Shown piece by piece: positions 1-10,687 of a stretch of DNA of 64,000 nt; the stretch's first letter is position 1; each line of letters begins with the position of its first letter. The position numbers and the translations under genes were made by a program. The notes under the pieces were generated by a model. It was given only the letters and a program-made list of their open reading frames with translations. It was not told the origin of the DNA and searched no databases. The DNA lies in the IMG/VR virus record IMGVR_UViG_3300031539_000007, positions 1 through 64,000 of that record; one strand, 5' to 3'. This DNA is from a virus.

Positions 1-1826
1 TACGGACTCAGTAACAACAACCCGTCGGCTTGCGAGAACAACGATTGTCCCGCGCTCTCGCTGATTGCCAACGTTGATAGCCACACTGTACCATCACCGT
101 AGACAATAAAACGCTTGTCGCTGCTGGAAGGCCCGGCCCACATCAGCGCGTTAGCACTGCTCGCCCCTGCATCCATCCCGATACGCTGCACGTTGCCATC
201 ATCATACATGGCGAAGTCGATATTGTGCAACTCGAAGTTTACATCGGTAAGCCTGATGTAGCTATCGCCAGCCCCTACACCATCACCAGCATACAGGCCA
301 TACTCAGTTTCGGTGGTGACGCCGTACAAATTTCCAAGCCGTGTGCGCACCGTCTTCCCCGTGGCCGGATGTGTAGCCCACGTGACAATCTGCGCGTAGG
401 GGCTGTTCTCGGCATACGCGCCGTCGATAGCGTTGACCTCGTAATAGCCGTTTCCGGTCGTGCCATAGTCCAGCACAATCGCGTCCGGGTCTACCGTGGC
501 ACTCTCTGCCATTGCCCCGGCGTTGGGAGCGGCTGATCTGGTAAACGTCCAAGATTGCTCTTTAAGGGTCAGGTTCGAGTAGGATGTGACCACGCCCCAA
601 CAGTTAGAAACGCTCAGACTACCAGCGGCACGGCTAAATCCGCGCAAGCATACAATGTCGCCAGATTCAAATACGGCCATCTCCGCAGCGGATGGCAAGT
701 CCCACACGTACAATGTAACCGCGCCCGAAGCTGCCGGTGCGGTAAACAGACGACTCAGAATAGCTACGGACTTACAGATAATCTGCCCACCGGCCAACGC
801 CTGTTCGAGGTCTGCGATGAATGATTTTACGTGCAGCTCATCAGCAAACAGGTAGCGGAAGTCAGCGCCACCCGCGTAGGAGATACCCCATCCAGTAGTC
901 TGCGATGCGTAGTCGTTAGATTGTAGTCTGGCTTCGTTCGTAGGGCCGATGCGTACCTGATCGCCAACTGGATCGAGAACGAGGTCGCCTGTCGGTAGAA
1001 TGGTTAGGTCTCCACCAGACCTGTCGCCAATAGTGTCAGTGTTCAAACGCACAAGCGTCAAGTATCCAGCGGCGCTTGACGCGAGGATTGAAGCTGCCGC
1101 GCCGGGACTTGCCGACGTGGTAATTGCGTGAGTATGCGTTGAGCGGGCGAAGTTGCTTCCCGCACCCTCGGTGTTCGTGGATGCCACTGTTAATGTCACC
1201 CCAGCCGCCGCCGCAATTGCGTGCTGATGATCGCTGCGTGCGGGATTCGTGGTCGAGCCAGCGCTCGCCGCATCGTCTGGTTCGATTGTCCCAATCGTCG
1301 GTGTGCCCCAGTTCAAGTCAATGTTATTCGACGACTCGGTAAGCCCGCTCCCAAGGATGTCGGTAACATCCACGGCAATCGTGTTTGTTAAAACGTCGAT
1401 GCCATCGCCTGCGCCAACTAGCAACGCTCCAGTAGAGAAATTTAGTCCAGATGTCGCCGCCAAACTCACGCGAATATTGTTACTGCTCTCGGTCAACCCG
1501 TAGCTCGTGTCGATGATGTCAGTAACATCTACTGCGATTGCTTGCCCAGTAACGTCGATGCCGTCACCCGCAGTCGCGGCGGCGTGCATCAGCGCGTCTA
1601 TCTGTGCCAGCGCGCCCTGGACATCGGTACTCGAAATATTAGATAACGCGCCTGTATCAACCGTTGCGGCGGCAGCAGGGTGCGCGCCAGCAGCGTCTCT
1701 ACCCGTCAGATTGTTGTGTACGCTCGTAGATGACGTGACATTGCGCGTGGTAGCACCCTTTATATAGGGGCGTAGCGCATCCAGCCCTAAACGCGGATTT
1801 CTTGATATTCCTGGAATGTTTGGCAT
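1..1826 (-). CDS. Tail fibre / tail tip protein, partial (runs off the left edge, >600 aa)
   Basis: Not in the ORF track. ATG at 1826 directly follows the TAG of the upstream gene. Open reading MPNIPGISRNPRLGLDALRPYIKG... with repeated AGDGIDV..IAVDVTDI..GLTESSNNI units and two HxH motifs; last gene of the tail module. Confidence 0.75.
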   Translation of the reverse strand, partial: MPNIPGISRNPRLGLDALRPYIKGATTRNVTSSTSVHNNLTGRDAAGAHPAAAATVDTGALSNISSTDVQGALAQIDALMHAAATAGDGIDVTGQAIAVDVTDIIDTSYGLTESSNNIRVSLAATSGLNFSTGALLVGAGDGIDVLTNTIAVDVTDILGSGLTESSNNIDLNWGTPTIGTIEPDDAASAGSTTNPARSDHQHAIAAAAGVTLTVASTNTEGAGSNFARSTHTHAITTSASPGAAASILASSAAGYLTLVRLNTDTIGDRSGGDLTILPTGDLVLDPVGDQVRIGPTNEARLQSNDYASQTTGWGISYAGGADFRYLFADELHVKSFIADLEQALAGGQIICKSVAILSRLFTAPAASGAVTLYVWDLPSAAEMAVFESGDIVCLRGFSRAAGSLSVSNCWGVVTSYSNLTLKEQSWTFTRSAAPNAGAMAESATVDPDAIVLDYGTTGNGYYEVNAIDGAYAENSPYAQIVTWATHPATGKTVRTRLGNLYGVTTETEYGLYAGDGVGAGDSYIRLTDVNFELHNIDFAMYDDGNVQRIGMDAGASSANALMWAGPSSSDKRFIVYGDGTVWLSTLAISESAGQSLFSQADGLLLLSP

Positions 1827-3275
1827 CTATCTAAAGGCGTCCATTCGCGCCACGAGCGCATCAAGTTCGTTGGATTCGGTGTCTAGGAACACCCGCAACT
1901 CGTTGCTCTTTGAGGAGTATTCCATCTGTACTGCCTGCCCCGCCGTCTTCCTGTTCCAGCTTTCGTCTATGATTGCGGCGTCAGGGAAAACGTCGGTGAG
2001 CTTGAAGTACGATTTGCTGTGCTTTATTGGAAACCACAACGGCCATCTGCTGCCGCTTGAGTCCAAGATATATGGAGACGTGAGGGCTATCGGCTTTCCA
2101 AGCAATGCCCCCTTGTATTTGTCCAGATACAGAGCACGATACAGTTCTGCAATATCAACGTATGAATCTCCGGCACTGACTATTGCTTCGCGTTGCCAAT
2201 AGTCGGCTATGCTCGTTGAGTCAGAGCCAACAGATGTTAATTTAAGAGTCCCTTCGTCGTCCATGTCTCGGTATATAACCCTGACGTGATTGCGCAATTC
2301 TTGAATGTTGCGTGTGGCTAGGTCGCCACCGCTTTTGAGCATCCACTTACGAATATCCCAATCAAATGTGCCGTCGTTGAGTTGTGCCTCAAAATATGGG
2401 ATAGGCTTTTGTGGGGTTGTGCCATCAAAGGCCACATTCTTGCACCAATATCCCCATTGCGCGTTTGCAGAATCACTGAGCGACGCCATCTTCTCAATGA
2501 TCTCGCCAGGATATGCGCCGCCTTCTTCACCGGGTGGTTCCCAAGGCCCAATCACCGTGTTCGTTTCGTCTATGTTCGTTTGGTCACTGCCCATTGACGG
2601 CACTTCGGTAAGCGCGTCAATGACAACCTCACTGCTAGTCCAGTAGTCGTAGCACAGCATCACCGTATACGACGATGCTGTTTTGTCAGTTGGGGTTTCA
2701 CCGTTCCACCCCGCCGATGATAACTCGTAGTCTTGATATACATATATGGAGTCGTTGGCGTTGTCTGTCGTAAACGCTGCGCCTGGGTAGCCCCAAGAAA
2801 TTGTATTGTCGTCGTTAGTAACTTCCAGCTCGTATAGCGCCGGGCTTACCCCGCTTTCCCAATCCGAGAAATCCTGCCCGTCATCCTGAAACGAATTGGC
2901 TACTGGATTATATACCAATGCGCCCTGGTTGCTATCTTGGGCAGTGGTATCAAAGTTGTACAGTTGATCGTAGTGCCGCCACCAGAAGCCATTACAAAGA
3001 ATATTCGCGCCGGTAGCGCCAATTGAAATATCGGTGATGAATCCATCCGCAACGGGCATGTCGCAGAATTGATCGTAGATAATAACGCGATAGCCATCAT
3101 AGCGCTGGTAGAAGTCGTATGCCTCTACGCTGCCGCCAGCCCAGCGCAACTGTATCGACACAATCCCGCCATGCAGCGCCCACGATAGCTGAATGTTACT
3201 AATGCGCGACGACAAGCTCATCGTGTGAATTGGCGATGTGAGATTGCTATCAAACAATGCTGCGTAAAGTGGCAT
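1827..3275 (-). CDS. Minor tail protein (baseplate hub / Tal-like)
   Basis: 482 aa, two genes after the tape measure; IQELRNHVRVIY...SIADYWQREAIV segment typical of hub proteins. Confidence 0.6.
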   Translation of the reverse strand: MPLYAALFDSNLTSPIHTMSLSSRISNIQLSWALHGGIVSIQLRWAGGSVEAYDFYQRYDGYRVIIYDQFCDMPVADGFITDISIGATGANILCNGFWWRHYDQLYNFDTTAQDSNQGALVYNPVANSFQDDGQDFSDWESGVSPALYELEVTNDDNTISWGYPGAAFTTDNANDSIYVYQDYELSSAGWNGETPTDKTASSYTVMLCYDYWTSSEVVIDALTEVPSMGSDQTNIDETNTVIGPWEPPGEEGGAYPGEIIEKMASLSDSANAQWGYWCKNVAFDGTTPQKPIPYFEAQLNDGTFDWDIRKWMLKSGGDLATRNIQELRNHVRVIYRDMDDEGTLKLTSVGSDSTSIADYWQREAIVSAGDSYVDIAELYRALYLDKYKGALLGKPIALTSPYILDSSGSRWPLWFPIKHSKSYFKLTDVFPDAAIIDESWNRKTAGQAVQMEYSSKSNELRVFLDTESNELDALVARMDAFR

Positions 3276-5170
3276 TAGGTTGTTCCCAGCAAGAACTCTG
3301 TGCTTGGGTGATAAGTTATACTCATTGATATATTCCCGTCAGCAAGCGTATGCCTTCTGGCGTTTGCCACAAGCTCTGCGCCACAGTTCATAAACACAAG
3401 GCGATGCTCTTTCGTGGCTAGGCGAATCGCGCCTCCGAGATATGTTGTGGTTGTTTCTAATACCCGGTTATTAGATAGCGTATATGAATACAGGTCTATG
3501 CTATTATTGTCCCCATTCTTTAGAATGATGCCCTGTAATGCCCCGGCTTCATTTCTAAGACTAATAATACCATACGCCTCATCAACCGGAATCAACTGAA
3601 TAAAATCTATATGCGCGTTTTCTGTGCCAGAATCGCGCATCATCTGCGGCATTATTCTTGAAGTGACAGTTCTGTCTGGCCTTCTCTCTATGTGAATTGG
3701 GGCAGATGTAACAAGAGTCCATCCAGTTGTCAACGGAATGCGCGAAATGTTTGAATACGCTGGGTCTATAGCCGAACTGTCTTTAATCTCAATCCTTATA
3801 CTTGCAGTTATTGCGTCTGTGTTCTTTATCGCCATCATAACTACATATCGTCCGTATACGACATTGCCGTCAACGGAGAATACAACCGGAGCTGTTAAGT
3901 CTGTCCACGATGTTGACACAGAGATTGTCTCGTAGGCATTCTCGGTTCTATCGCCATCACCAACGCCGACGCGATCATTCCAATACTCAAAATCAGTAGC
4001 GTTGTTCGACTTGCTCCATCTGCCAATATATATGTAGTTTACATATACAGATATTGATGTTACGTTTATATCTGCCAGTGGCTCTGTGTCACCAGGAACA
4101 TCTGTTATATCAATGTACGGAATTGCCCCCTCTGTTACAGATTCGTAGTGATTTTTTATGTTTGCGCAACTAGACCATGCGTTAGGAGCCGTACTTACCC
4201 CAAATTGTAAATAGCACTTGTCAGCATAGTATGTCGTTGCCTCGGACGCATCCCCCGTCAGCCGCTCCACTCTTACGACGAGTGTTGTGTCACTCCCGCC
4301 AACCGTGCTGCTTACTTCAAGTTTCTTGAAAGTATACACGCCATCTTTGCCAGTAGCCGTTACTGTGGCGGTGCTGTAAATATCTGTCCCTAAACTTCCA
4401 GACACACTCCCAACAACATCAAGTGTAATCTCATCGCCACTGGCGGTGTATACCCAGGCATACGCTATAAATGTTTGGCCCTGGAATGCTGTACAAGCAA
4501 TGGTATCACTGTATACCCCATCTGTGCCAGCAGTGTCGGTAACAACTTTCTGTGATTGCGACCCAACCATGTATGCCACACTCGACAGCGTGGTTGTGGG
4601 CGTGCCAGACTCGTTCCATTGATCGGCAAGCCCGTCAGAGTTGCCGTCTTCTTCAAAGTGCGGAGTGCCTATCTCGTTGCGCAGAACTTCCTCGGCCCCG
4701 TATCCCGTTGGCTTTGTGGAAACCTTCATTTTAAGTCCGCTGTCAAATACCAATTCTTTAGAGCGCAGGTTGTACCAGTTAAAGAATGCGGCGCTATCAT
4801 ACTCAACATCAACAACATCGTAGCGCGTCCAGTTCGTAGCCCCGTCGAGTTGGATTTGCAGATACACCTTGTCGCCTATCCCGTCGGTGTGGTATTGTCT
4901 AGCCTGTCGCACGAGCCTGTTGAACGCAATCAGTATGTTCGCAGTAGCGTCGTTAGTCCCACCAATAGCAGCCAAGGCCATCGGCCATTCGCGATTGCCA
5001 AGCCGGTGGCGTACCAGCATTTCTCCGTCGGCGTAATCGCTGACGTGATATAGATTCTCGTGCTTTGCCAAGCCGAATTCATTGCTGTCCGCCAGCATCT
5101 CAAAACCATCGGCGTCATAGTACAAGTCTATTGAGGTGGTGCCATCACTGATTACAATTGAGTTAGCCAT
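3275..5170 (-). CDS. Distal tail (Dit-like) protein with an inserted carbohydrate-binding-like domain
   Basis: 631 aa directly after the tape measure; internal PHFEEDGNSDGLADQW segment resembles the start of a CBM4/9-type beta-sandwich. Confidence 0.6.
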   Translation of the reverse strand: MANSIVISDGTTSIDLYYDADGFEMLADSNEFGLAKHENLYHVSDYADGEMLVRHRLGNREWPMALAAIGGTNDATANILIAFNRLVRQARQYHTDGIGDKVYLQIQLDGATNWTRYDVVDVEYDSAAFFNWYNLRSKELVFDSGLKMKVSTKPTGYGAEEVLRNEIGTPHFEEDGNSDGLADQWNESGTPTTTLSSVAYMVGSQSQKVVTDTAGTDGVYSDTIACTAFQGQTFIAYAWVYTASGDEITLDVVGSVSGSLGTDIYSTATVTATGKDGVYTFKKLEVSSTVGGSDTTLVVRVERLTGDASEATTYYADKCYLQFGVSTAPNAWSSCANIKNHYESVTEGAIPYIDITDVPGDTEPLADINVTSISVYVNYIYIGRWSKSNNATDFEYWNDRVGVGDGDRTENAYETISVSTSWTDLTAPVVFSVDGNVVYGRYVVMMAIKNTDAITASIRIEIKDSSAIDPAYSNISRIPLTTGWTLVTSAPIHIERRPDRTVTSRIMPQMMRDSGTENAHIDFIQLIPVDEAYGIISLRNEAGALQGIILKNGDNNSIDLYSYTLSNNRVLETTTTYLGGAIRLATKEHRLVFMNCGAELVANARRHTLADGNISMSITYHPSTEFLLGTT

Positions 5171-8100
5171 CTATGCTGGTGTCCTTTGTGCCATTGCCAT
5201 TCTCCCGATGTCCTGTGAAATCTGCCGGGACACTTCTCTGCCTGTGCGCATATCCGGGACAACCATATTCTCTACGATTGGCCCGTACAGGTTCACATTC
5301 ACAGCGCCGCCTCCCGCCGCAGATGGCGCTCCGCGTACCGGCGAACCATCCAACACACTTTGCGGAAGTATGTTTGCCATCCCGCTTACGCCTTGCGCCA
5401 GTCCAGCCGTCATATTCTCGCCGACCTCGGCGAACGCTTTTGATGGGGAGTCAATGCCGTAGGAGGTATTGATCTGCTTGATGGTGCGCCTTGCAACCTC
5501 GCGGATGTAGGCCAACAAGTATCCCATCCGCTGCTCAATACCAAACACCATACTTTCGGCAATGATGTTCCCGACTTTCACGAACCCGTATACTGGGTTC
5601 TCCGCCACCTCAATCATTACGTTCGCCATGCTAATCATTATCGTTTCGCCGAGCACGCGGAAACGCTCTTCGTATGGCGCAGCCGCAGCGAGAACGTTGT
5701 CGAGCGCTTGCTTAATGGCTGTAACGATTAGCTGCTTGTTTGCGGTAATGCCTCTTGCTAATCCGTCGTCGATGCTCTTGCCGAACTCTGCGTATACCGT
5801 GGACGGAGAGTTTGAGCCAAGCTTGTCGGCGGCGGAACTCCTTAGCGCGTCCAGCATCATTCCGAGCGAGCTAATCAGATCGTCTTGTGTGTCCTCTATC
5901 CCAGTGATCATGCCTTCGGGTATGCTTTTCCCCAGTATTTCGAGTGCCGATTCCAGCTTGGGGGTTGCAAGCTCAATGCCTTTGCCAATGTCTGTGGGCA
6001 GCATCTCGCCGAATTCTTTGTACCCCGTATCGAGGATATTGAAATCAAGAGACTCCTTAATCAAGTCCAGCGATGATTGCAGTCCGGGCAACCCGTTGTC
6101 GATGCCGCCAGCAATATTTCTTGGAATACTCTCGCCGAACATATCCATCGAAGACTCGAAATCCACAGAGCCAATGTCTATGCCTTCACCCACACTACTA
6201 GGAATACCAACGCCAAAGTCTTGCCATGTGCTGTAGTTAAACAGGTCTGCCGGGGCTGTGCCGATAAGTTTCAGAGAAGACTGCACCAACGGCATCCCCT
6301 CTTCAATACCGATCGACAGGGAGCTGCCTATGGATTGCCCGAACATAGAATACGCACTCAGGTCTGTGGTCTGCATTGCGCCAGAGAACAGGGTTTGCAT
6401 TGAGCTTTGTACTTGCGTTTGTGCCTGTGATGCGCTGGTGCTGGCCTGCATTCCCATAGATTTGAAAATCATGTCCATTTCCGCATCTAGTGTTGGGGCA
6501 ATCTTATCTATCTGTGGGGCGGCTTCTGTAACACCCGCCATTATGTTGTCAACTATTGATTTCCCGGCGGCCCTGAATGTATCTGTGTCAAAATCTAAAC
6601 GCTCTGGGAATATTTTGCCGAGCACCTTACCCAAAGGCCACTTGTCAACAAAGTCGCGGAACCCAGCAATGAAATTGGTGAATGCGAGTATTACGGTTGC
6701 CGCGAATGCGTGGATATTCCACAGCCACACTCGCTTTGTCTCTTCCCATGTAGTTCCCGCAGCGGCAGAGATTGTATCACCAAGCCCCTCGATAATACCG
6801 CGCACGCCGCCCACTATTATTTGAAACGCGCCCCCGATAATCAACCCTAGTCCGTTAAATATGTTCCCTGTGAAGATGGTCACAACGCCTCGAATTATTT
6901 GAAGAGCACCAGCAAGCATATATCCTAGCCCCTTGACAATCCCAGACCCGATACCGGCAATGACTTTGACTACGGATTCTCCTAAAGTGGGGCCACTAGC
7001 GCTTTCAAATCTCCCTATTTCTTCTGCGACGACTGCGAATGCTTCTTGCACAGACTTTTTGAATAGCTCAATATCAACCGAGAACGTTTCGTTAAACGCT
7101 TTCTTGAACGCTTCCAGTCTCTCCTGTATCTTTGGGGCGCTCTCTAAGATAGTGTCTTTGAAATTGCTAAAGGATAGTGTTACAGTTCCGTTCTCGCCAA
7201 ACGCATTTGCCCAAGCTGTTTTAACTTTGTCGAGCGGAGCTGATAGTATCTCCTCAAGCCTGTCGCGGATACCTTTCACTCGCGCTTCCAAGTCTGCGGT
7301 GCCAGCCAGAGGCATTGCAATCGGGAATTCAATGCCTAAATCAGTGTCGTCTGCCCCCGCACCGCCAGCCTTCTTCGCCGCCGCCGCTCTCTTTAGAGCC
7401 GCTGTTTGTGCATCCAGCGCGCGCTCTAGCAATCTAAACAGTTTGAGTTGGTCTTCAAGCAAGTCTTTGCGCAGTTCAAGTTGTTTGATCTCGCCAGCAC
7501 TCGCCTTCAACGCTTTCTTGGTCTGCTTAACCTGCCCGATCTTGGCGCGAATTGCAGCGGGGTCTTTGTTCAGCACCTGCAACTTGAATAGCTCGTTGGT
7601 CTGGCCCTTGTACGACTTGGTTAGCTCTTCGTTGACGCGCTTGGCAGCATCCAGCGCAGACTCAATGCCGCGTTGTAAGAACTCAAGGTCAATCGTTGCC
7701 AGCCCTTTCGCCCACTCTGCAATTGAGTCTACCCCGTACTGGAACAGCGCGTCGTCCACCGGGCCTTTGAGCGTGGCGGCCAGTTTTGATTTGATGTCTG
7801 GCATTAGGGTCTTGTCAACAGGGTAGGATAGCATTCCATCAACCCATTCACCCATTGTCGCCATACCCCAAGCGTCAATGTTTGGTGCGACACGTGGCGG
7901 TGATCCTGGGGACAACCAATTAGCCAGCGTATTAGATATGAAGTTCATCGCGATGGTAATCATCTGCGCGAAGCCAGTGATGATGCCAGATACAAATGTA
8001 CTGCCAACGTTTGCGCCCCACGTCAATGCGTTCGTGGCCCAATCAGAGGCCCGCGCACCCATCTCGTTCTGCGCTGTGGTCATCGTATCCGCCGCTTTCC

Positions 8101-9835
8101 TGGCTATGTCTTCAGGTAGCATATTCACATCGCGAAGCTTGGCGAAGTTCTCCTCAAAGACAGAGGGCATCCTGGCAAAGGCGCGCACGAAGCTGTCGCC
8201 CCACTGTTCTATTTTGGGGGTTGTGTCTGCCAGGAATGTGTTCACGTATCCGAGCAATACCGTAACGAATGGGGAGAACGCAGCGATGGCACTGTCGCGA
8301 ATGTTTCTCATGTTCGCTGATAATGCCGACATCTGCGTAGAGACAAAGACCGACATGTTGCCAGTCTTAGCCAGAATCTTCTCACCCTCTTTCATCGTGG
8401 CGTTGAGCAGAGCTTGTGTGCGCTCTACTGTAGTGAGTTGCCCAGATGTTTTTCCGAGCGTCGCGGCATAGTCCTTGGTAACTTGGCTGAGGTTTATTGA
8501 GATGCCCAGGTTGTCAATCCAGCGCGTCGAGAGCCTACCGACACCTTTCACCAGGGACTCAAACATATACGTCAAGTCCTGCCCTGTTGACAGGCTGGCC
8601 GCCTGTGCGACCGCCATCATCTTGGGCAAATCTTTACCAACGTTATCGCCAATCAGCGAGAAGGCAATGTTGGCATTCTTGAGCATCGTGGTGGTATCGA
8701 GTGCGCCACCAGTCATGTCGCGCATGTCTTTGATGATCTGCTGTAGCCCGCTAGAGAAGCCCGGTACGTTCTGTGTGGCTTGCTGTAAGAAGTTGGCGAA
8801 CTGTACCCGCACAGATTCCATCGGGCCAGCTTCTTTTACTAGGTTGCGAATGTCTCTGGCAATTGAGCGGAGGCCGGTAAACCCAGCCATAGCCAGCATC
8901 ATCTTCCCGACATCACCCAGTCCTCTGGAGAGTGCTCGTAAAGGTGATGTTGCTACCTTGCCGACGGTAGACAAAACGCCGCTAAATCCCCTCAGTACCG
9001 TTGTCGCGGCTTTAATATTCGCGGTCATCGCCTGCCAGAACGCCGATCCCAGCGGCAATATCACGTTTTTGACTGCGCCCATTTGCCCTATGGCTTTAAC
9101 AATTCCGTAAATCCCAGCGGCTATTTTTGTTGGTATTGAGCCAACGCTTTTCCCGAACTGCGTTATCCCTGTCGCAACGGACATGATTGCAGCGGTAGCC
9201 TTCGCCGCGCCTTGCGCAATTGCGCCTCCCAATGTGCCAGAGAATGCCACCACGGAATTCACAGCCACTCCGAGGGCGCTCTTAGTAGTAATGCCAATAT
9301 TAGAAAGGCTCGCGCGTACTCTACTACCAAAAGACTCGACTTTCCCAGATGCTGCCGGGAGCACGTTTGTCCAAGCGGTAAAGTCAGAGGCTTTTACTAT
9401 GGCTGTAGATGTGGATGTACCGAGAGCCATCATCCGCTCGGAAATTCTCGCTATTGTCTCAGCCGCAGACGTAGAGCCAATAACATTCATTATTTCGGAC
9501 ACTCTTGCTATCTGCCCAGCCGCTTGGCTGGACGCCATCGGTAGCGCGGTGAGTAAATCGGTAAACCTTGATATGGGTGCCGCCGCAGCGTCGAATTTAT
9601 CAGCCACGCTGGGCATGGCGTTTACTCTAGCGGCAACCCCGGCAATAGACGCGGCGATCTCATCTATGCCGACCTTCACCAGTGGGTCTATTACCGGCTG
9701 AACCTTTACTTTCGTGGCCGCCTGTGCTTTGCTGAGTGCCGCGTTGATAGACGTAGCAATGTTTTTGACTTCTTTTGCCACGCCCTTCGCATCTACATTG
9801 AATTTGATATGTATGGTTGCTACACGGTCGGCCAT
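5171..9835 (-). CDS. Tail tape measure protein
   Basis: 1554 aa, Ala/Gly-rich helical; GRLSTRWIDNLGI core; repeated GSNSPS/GIDSPS motifs; follows the chaperone pair. Confidence 0.92.
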   Translation of the reverse strand: MADRVATIHIKFNVDAKGVAKEVKNIATSINAALSKAQAATKVKVQPVIDPLVKVGIDEIAASIAGVAARVNAMPSVADKFDAAAAPISRFTDLLTALPMASSQAAGQIARVSEIMNVIGSTSAAETIARISERMMALGTSTSTAIVKASDFTAWTNVLPAASGKVESFGSRVRASLSNIGITTKSALGVAVNSVVAFSGTLGGAIAQGAAKATAAIMSVATGITQFGKSVGSIPTKIAAGIYGIVKAIGQMGAVKNVILPLGSAFWQAMTANIKAATTVLRGFSGVLSTVGKVATSPLRALSRGLGDVGKMMLAMAGFTGLRSIARDIRNLVKEAGPMESVRVQFANFLQQATQNVPGFSSGLQQIIKDMRDMTGGALDTTTMLKNANIAFSLIGDNVGKDLPKMMAVAQAASLSTGQDLTYMFESLVKGVGRLSTRWIDNLGISINLSQVTKDYAATLGKTSGQLTTVERTQALLNATMKEGEKILAKTGNMSVFVSTQMSALSANMRNIRDSAIAAFSPFVTVLLGYVNTFLADTTPKIEQWGDSFVRAFARMPSVFEENFAKLRDVNMLPEDIARKAADTMTTAQNEMGARASDWATNALTWGANVGSTFVSGIITGFAQMITIAMNFISNTLANWLSPGSPPRVAPNIDAWGMATMGEWVDGMLSYPVDKTLMPDIKSKLAATLKGPVDDALFQYGVDSIAEWAKGLATIDLEFLQRGIESALDAAKRVNEELTKSYKGQTNELFKLQVLNKDPAAIRAKIGQVKQTKKALKASAGEIKQLELRKDLLEDQLKLFRLLERALDAQTAALKRAAAAKKAGGAGADDTDLGIEFPIAMPLAGTADLEARVKGIRDRLEEILSAPLDKVKTAWANAFGENGTVTLSFSNFKDTILESAPKIQERLEAFKKAFNETFSVDIELFKKSVQEAFAVVAEEIGRFESASGPTLGESVVKVIAGIGSGIVKGLGYMLAGALQIIRGVVTIFTGNIFNGLGLIIGGAFQIIVGGVRGIIEGLGDTISAAAGTTWEETKRVWLWNIHAFAATVILAFTNFIAGFRDFVDKWPLGKVLGKIFPERLDFDTDTFRAAGKSIVDNIMAGVTEAAPQIDKIAPTLDAEMDMIFKSMGMQASTSASQAQTQVQSSMQTLFSGAMQTTDLSAYSMFGQSIGSSLSIGIEEGMPLVQSSLKLIGTAPADLFNYSTWQDFGVGIPSSVGEGIDIGSVDFESSMDMFGESIPRNIAGGIDNGLPGLQSSLDLIKESLDFNILDTGYKEFGEMLPTDIGKGIELATPKLESALEILGKSIPEGMITGIEDTQDDLISSLGMMLDALRSSAADKLGSNSPSTVYAEFGKSIDDGLARGITANKQLIVTAIKQALDNVLAAAAPYEERFRVLGETIMISMANVMIEVAENPVYGFVKVGNIIAESMVFGIEQRMGYLLAYIREVARRTIKQINTSYGIDSPSKAFAEVGENMTAGLAQGVSGMANILPQSVLDGSPVRGAPSAAGGGAVNVNLYGPIVENMVVPDMRTGREVSRQISQDIGRMAMAQRTPA

Positions 9836-9836
9836 T

Positions 9837-10244
9837 TTACATCGTCCTCGGAGGTTTCAGTTCTTTGTTGAGCTTCTGTGCTTCCGCGCCACTCTCGCGT
9901 TTCTTAGCCTTTCCCAATTCCCACCAGCCCGGTTCTGGTTGTGCCGTTTCTAGCGCCTTCGCTACATCGTCAATGTCTGCGCTCAATGCGTTCTTCACCC
10001 CACGGCTTAACGCAATCATTCGGAACTTGTCATCGCCGCTTGTCATTTGCGTCTTGGGGTCTGAGTCGTAGTAGCTGGCAGCGTCGCGCCAGTGCTTGAC
10101 ATCGAGTAACCGTAGCAAAAGTAGGCCATCTTCGGTGTCTAGTTCCGATGGCCTACAGTGAAGTAGCTCACAAAAGTTTAGGATTAGTGCCTCGCGGGGT
10201 ACGCCCCCACGCCCCGTAAGTATATGTCTTACGAGGCTGGCTGA
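9837..10244 (-). CDS. Tail assembly chaperone, C-terminal (gpT-like) part reached by -1 frameshift
   Basis: Frame open from the slippery site at 10244 to the stop at 9837 (SASLVRHILTGRGG...FCELLHCRPSELD...LRLLDVKHW); no good RBS or start of its own. Confidence 0.8.
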   Translation of the reverse strand, partial: SASLVRHILTGRGGVPREALILNFCELLHCRPSELDTEDGLLLLRLLDVKHWRDAASYYDSDPKTQMTSGDDKFRMIALSRGVKNALSADIDDVAKALETAQPEPGWWELGKAKKRESGAEAQKLNKELKPPRTM

Positions 10245-10630
10245 GGGTTTTCCTCTTCTGGCTGCGTCTCTTCAAAGAAGGCGTTTACCAGATAGACGAT
10301 CTCGCGTGGGTGTAGTGGCGATATGTCATCGGCACCGGGCTTGCAACGCTCGCCGTTGCCAATTGCCATGCCCATCGTCTCTCCGGTAAGTGGATGTGTC
10401 CAGTTCCAGGAATCAATTACCTTCACTAGAACTGGACACACATCGTCTACTAACACAGAGAGCGTGTCTTCGTTTTCTGCGTTCGACAGTTCTATCAACG
10501 CCAGCATGTCCGGCGTGGACAGATACGGTATGAACCACACATTCTCGCCCTCGTGCGGATTGTACGACCCGCCATGATACTCAATTTCTAGGTCGTTGCA
10601 TTCGTGTACCAAAATCGGAATGTTCTTCAT
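10229..10630 (-). CDS. Tail assembly chaperone (gpG-like)
   Basis: 133 aa acidic protein between tail tube and tape measure; ends ...EEENPQPAS with heptamer A-AAC-CCT. Confidence 0.82.
   Translation of the reverse strand: MKNIPILVHECNDLEIEYHGGSYNPHEGENVWFIPYLSTPDMLALIELSNAENEDTLSVLVDDVCPVLVKVIDSWNWTHPLTGETMGMAIGNGERCKPGADDISPLHPREIVYLVNAFFEETQPEEENPQPAS
10244..10250 (-). promoter_or_regulatory. -1 programmed ribosomal frameshift heptamer AAACCCT
   Basis: X-XXY-YYZ pattern in phase with codons AAC CCT; the -1 frame is open to 9837. Confidence 0.8.
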
Positions 10631-10687
10631 TTCCTCGCTCCTTTAATTTGATAGAGGCGGTGCTATTAAACTAAACTAGATTGTTGC

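Noticed and set aside
5562-9953. Long plus-strand ORFs across the tape measure gene
   Set aside because: Antisense shadows caused by codon bias
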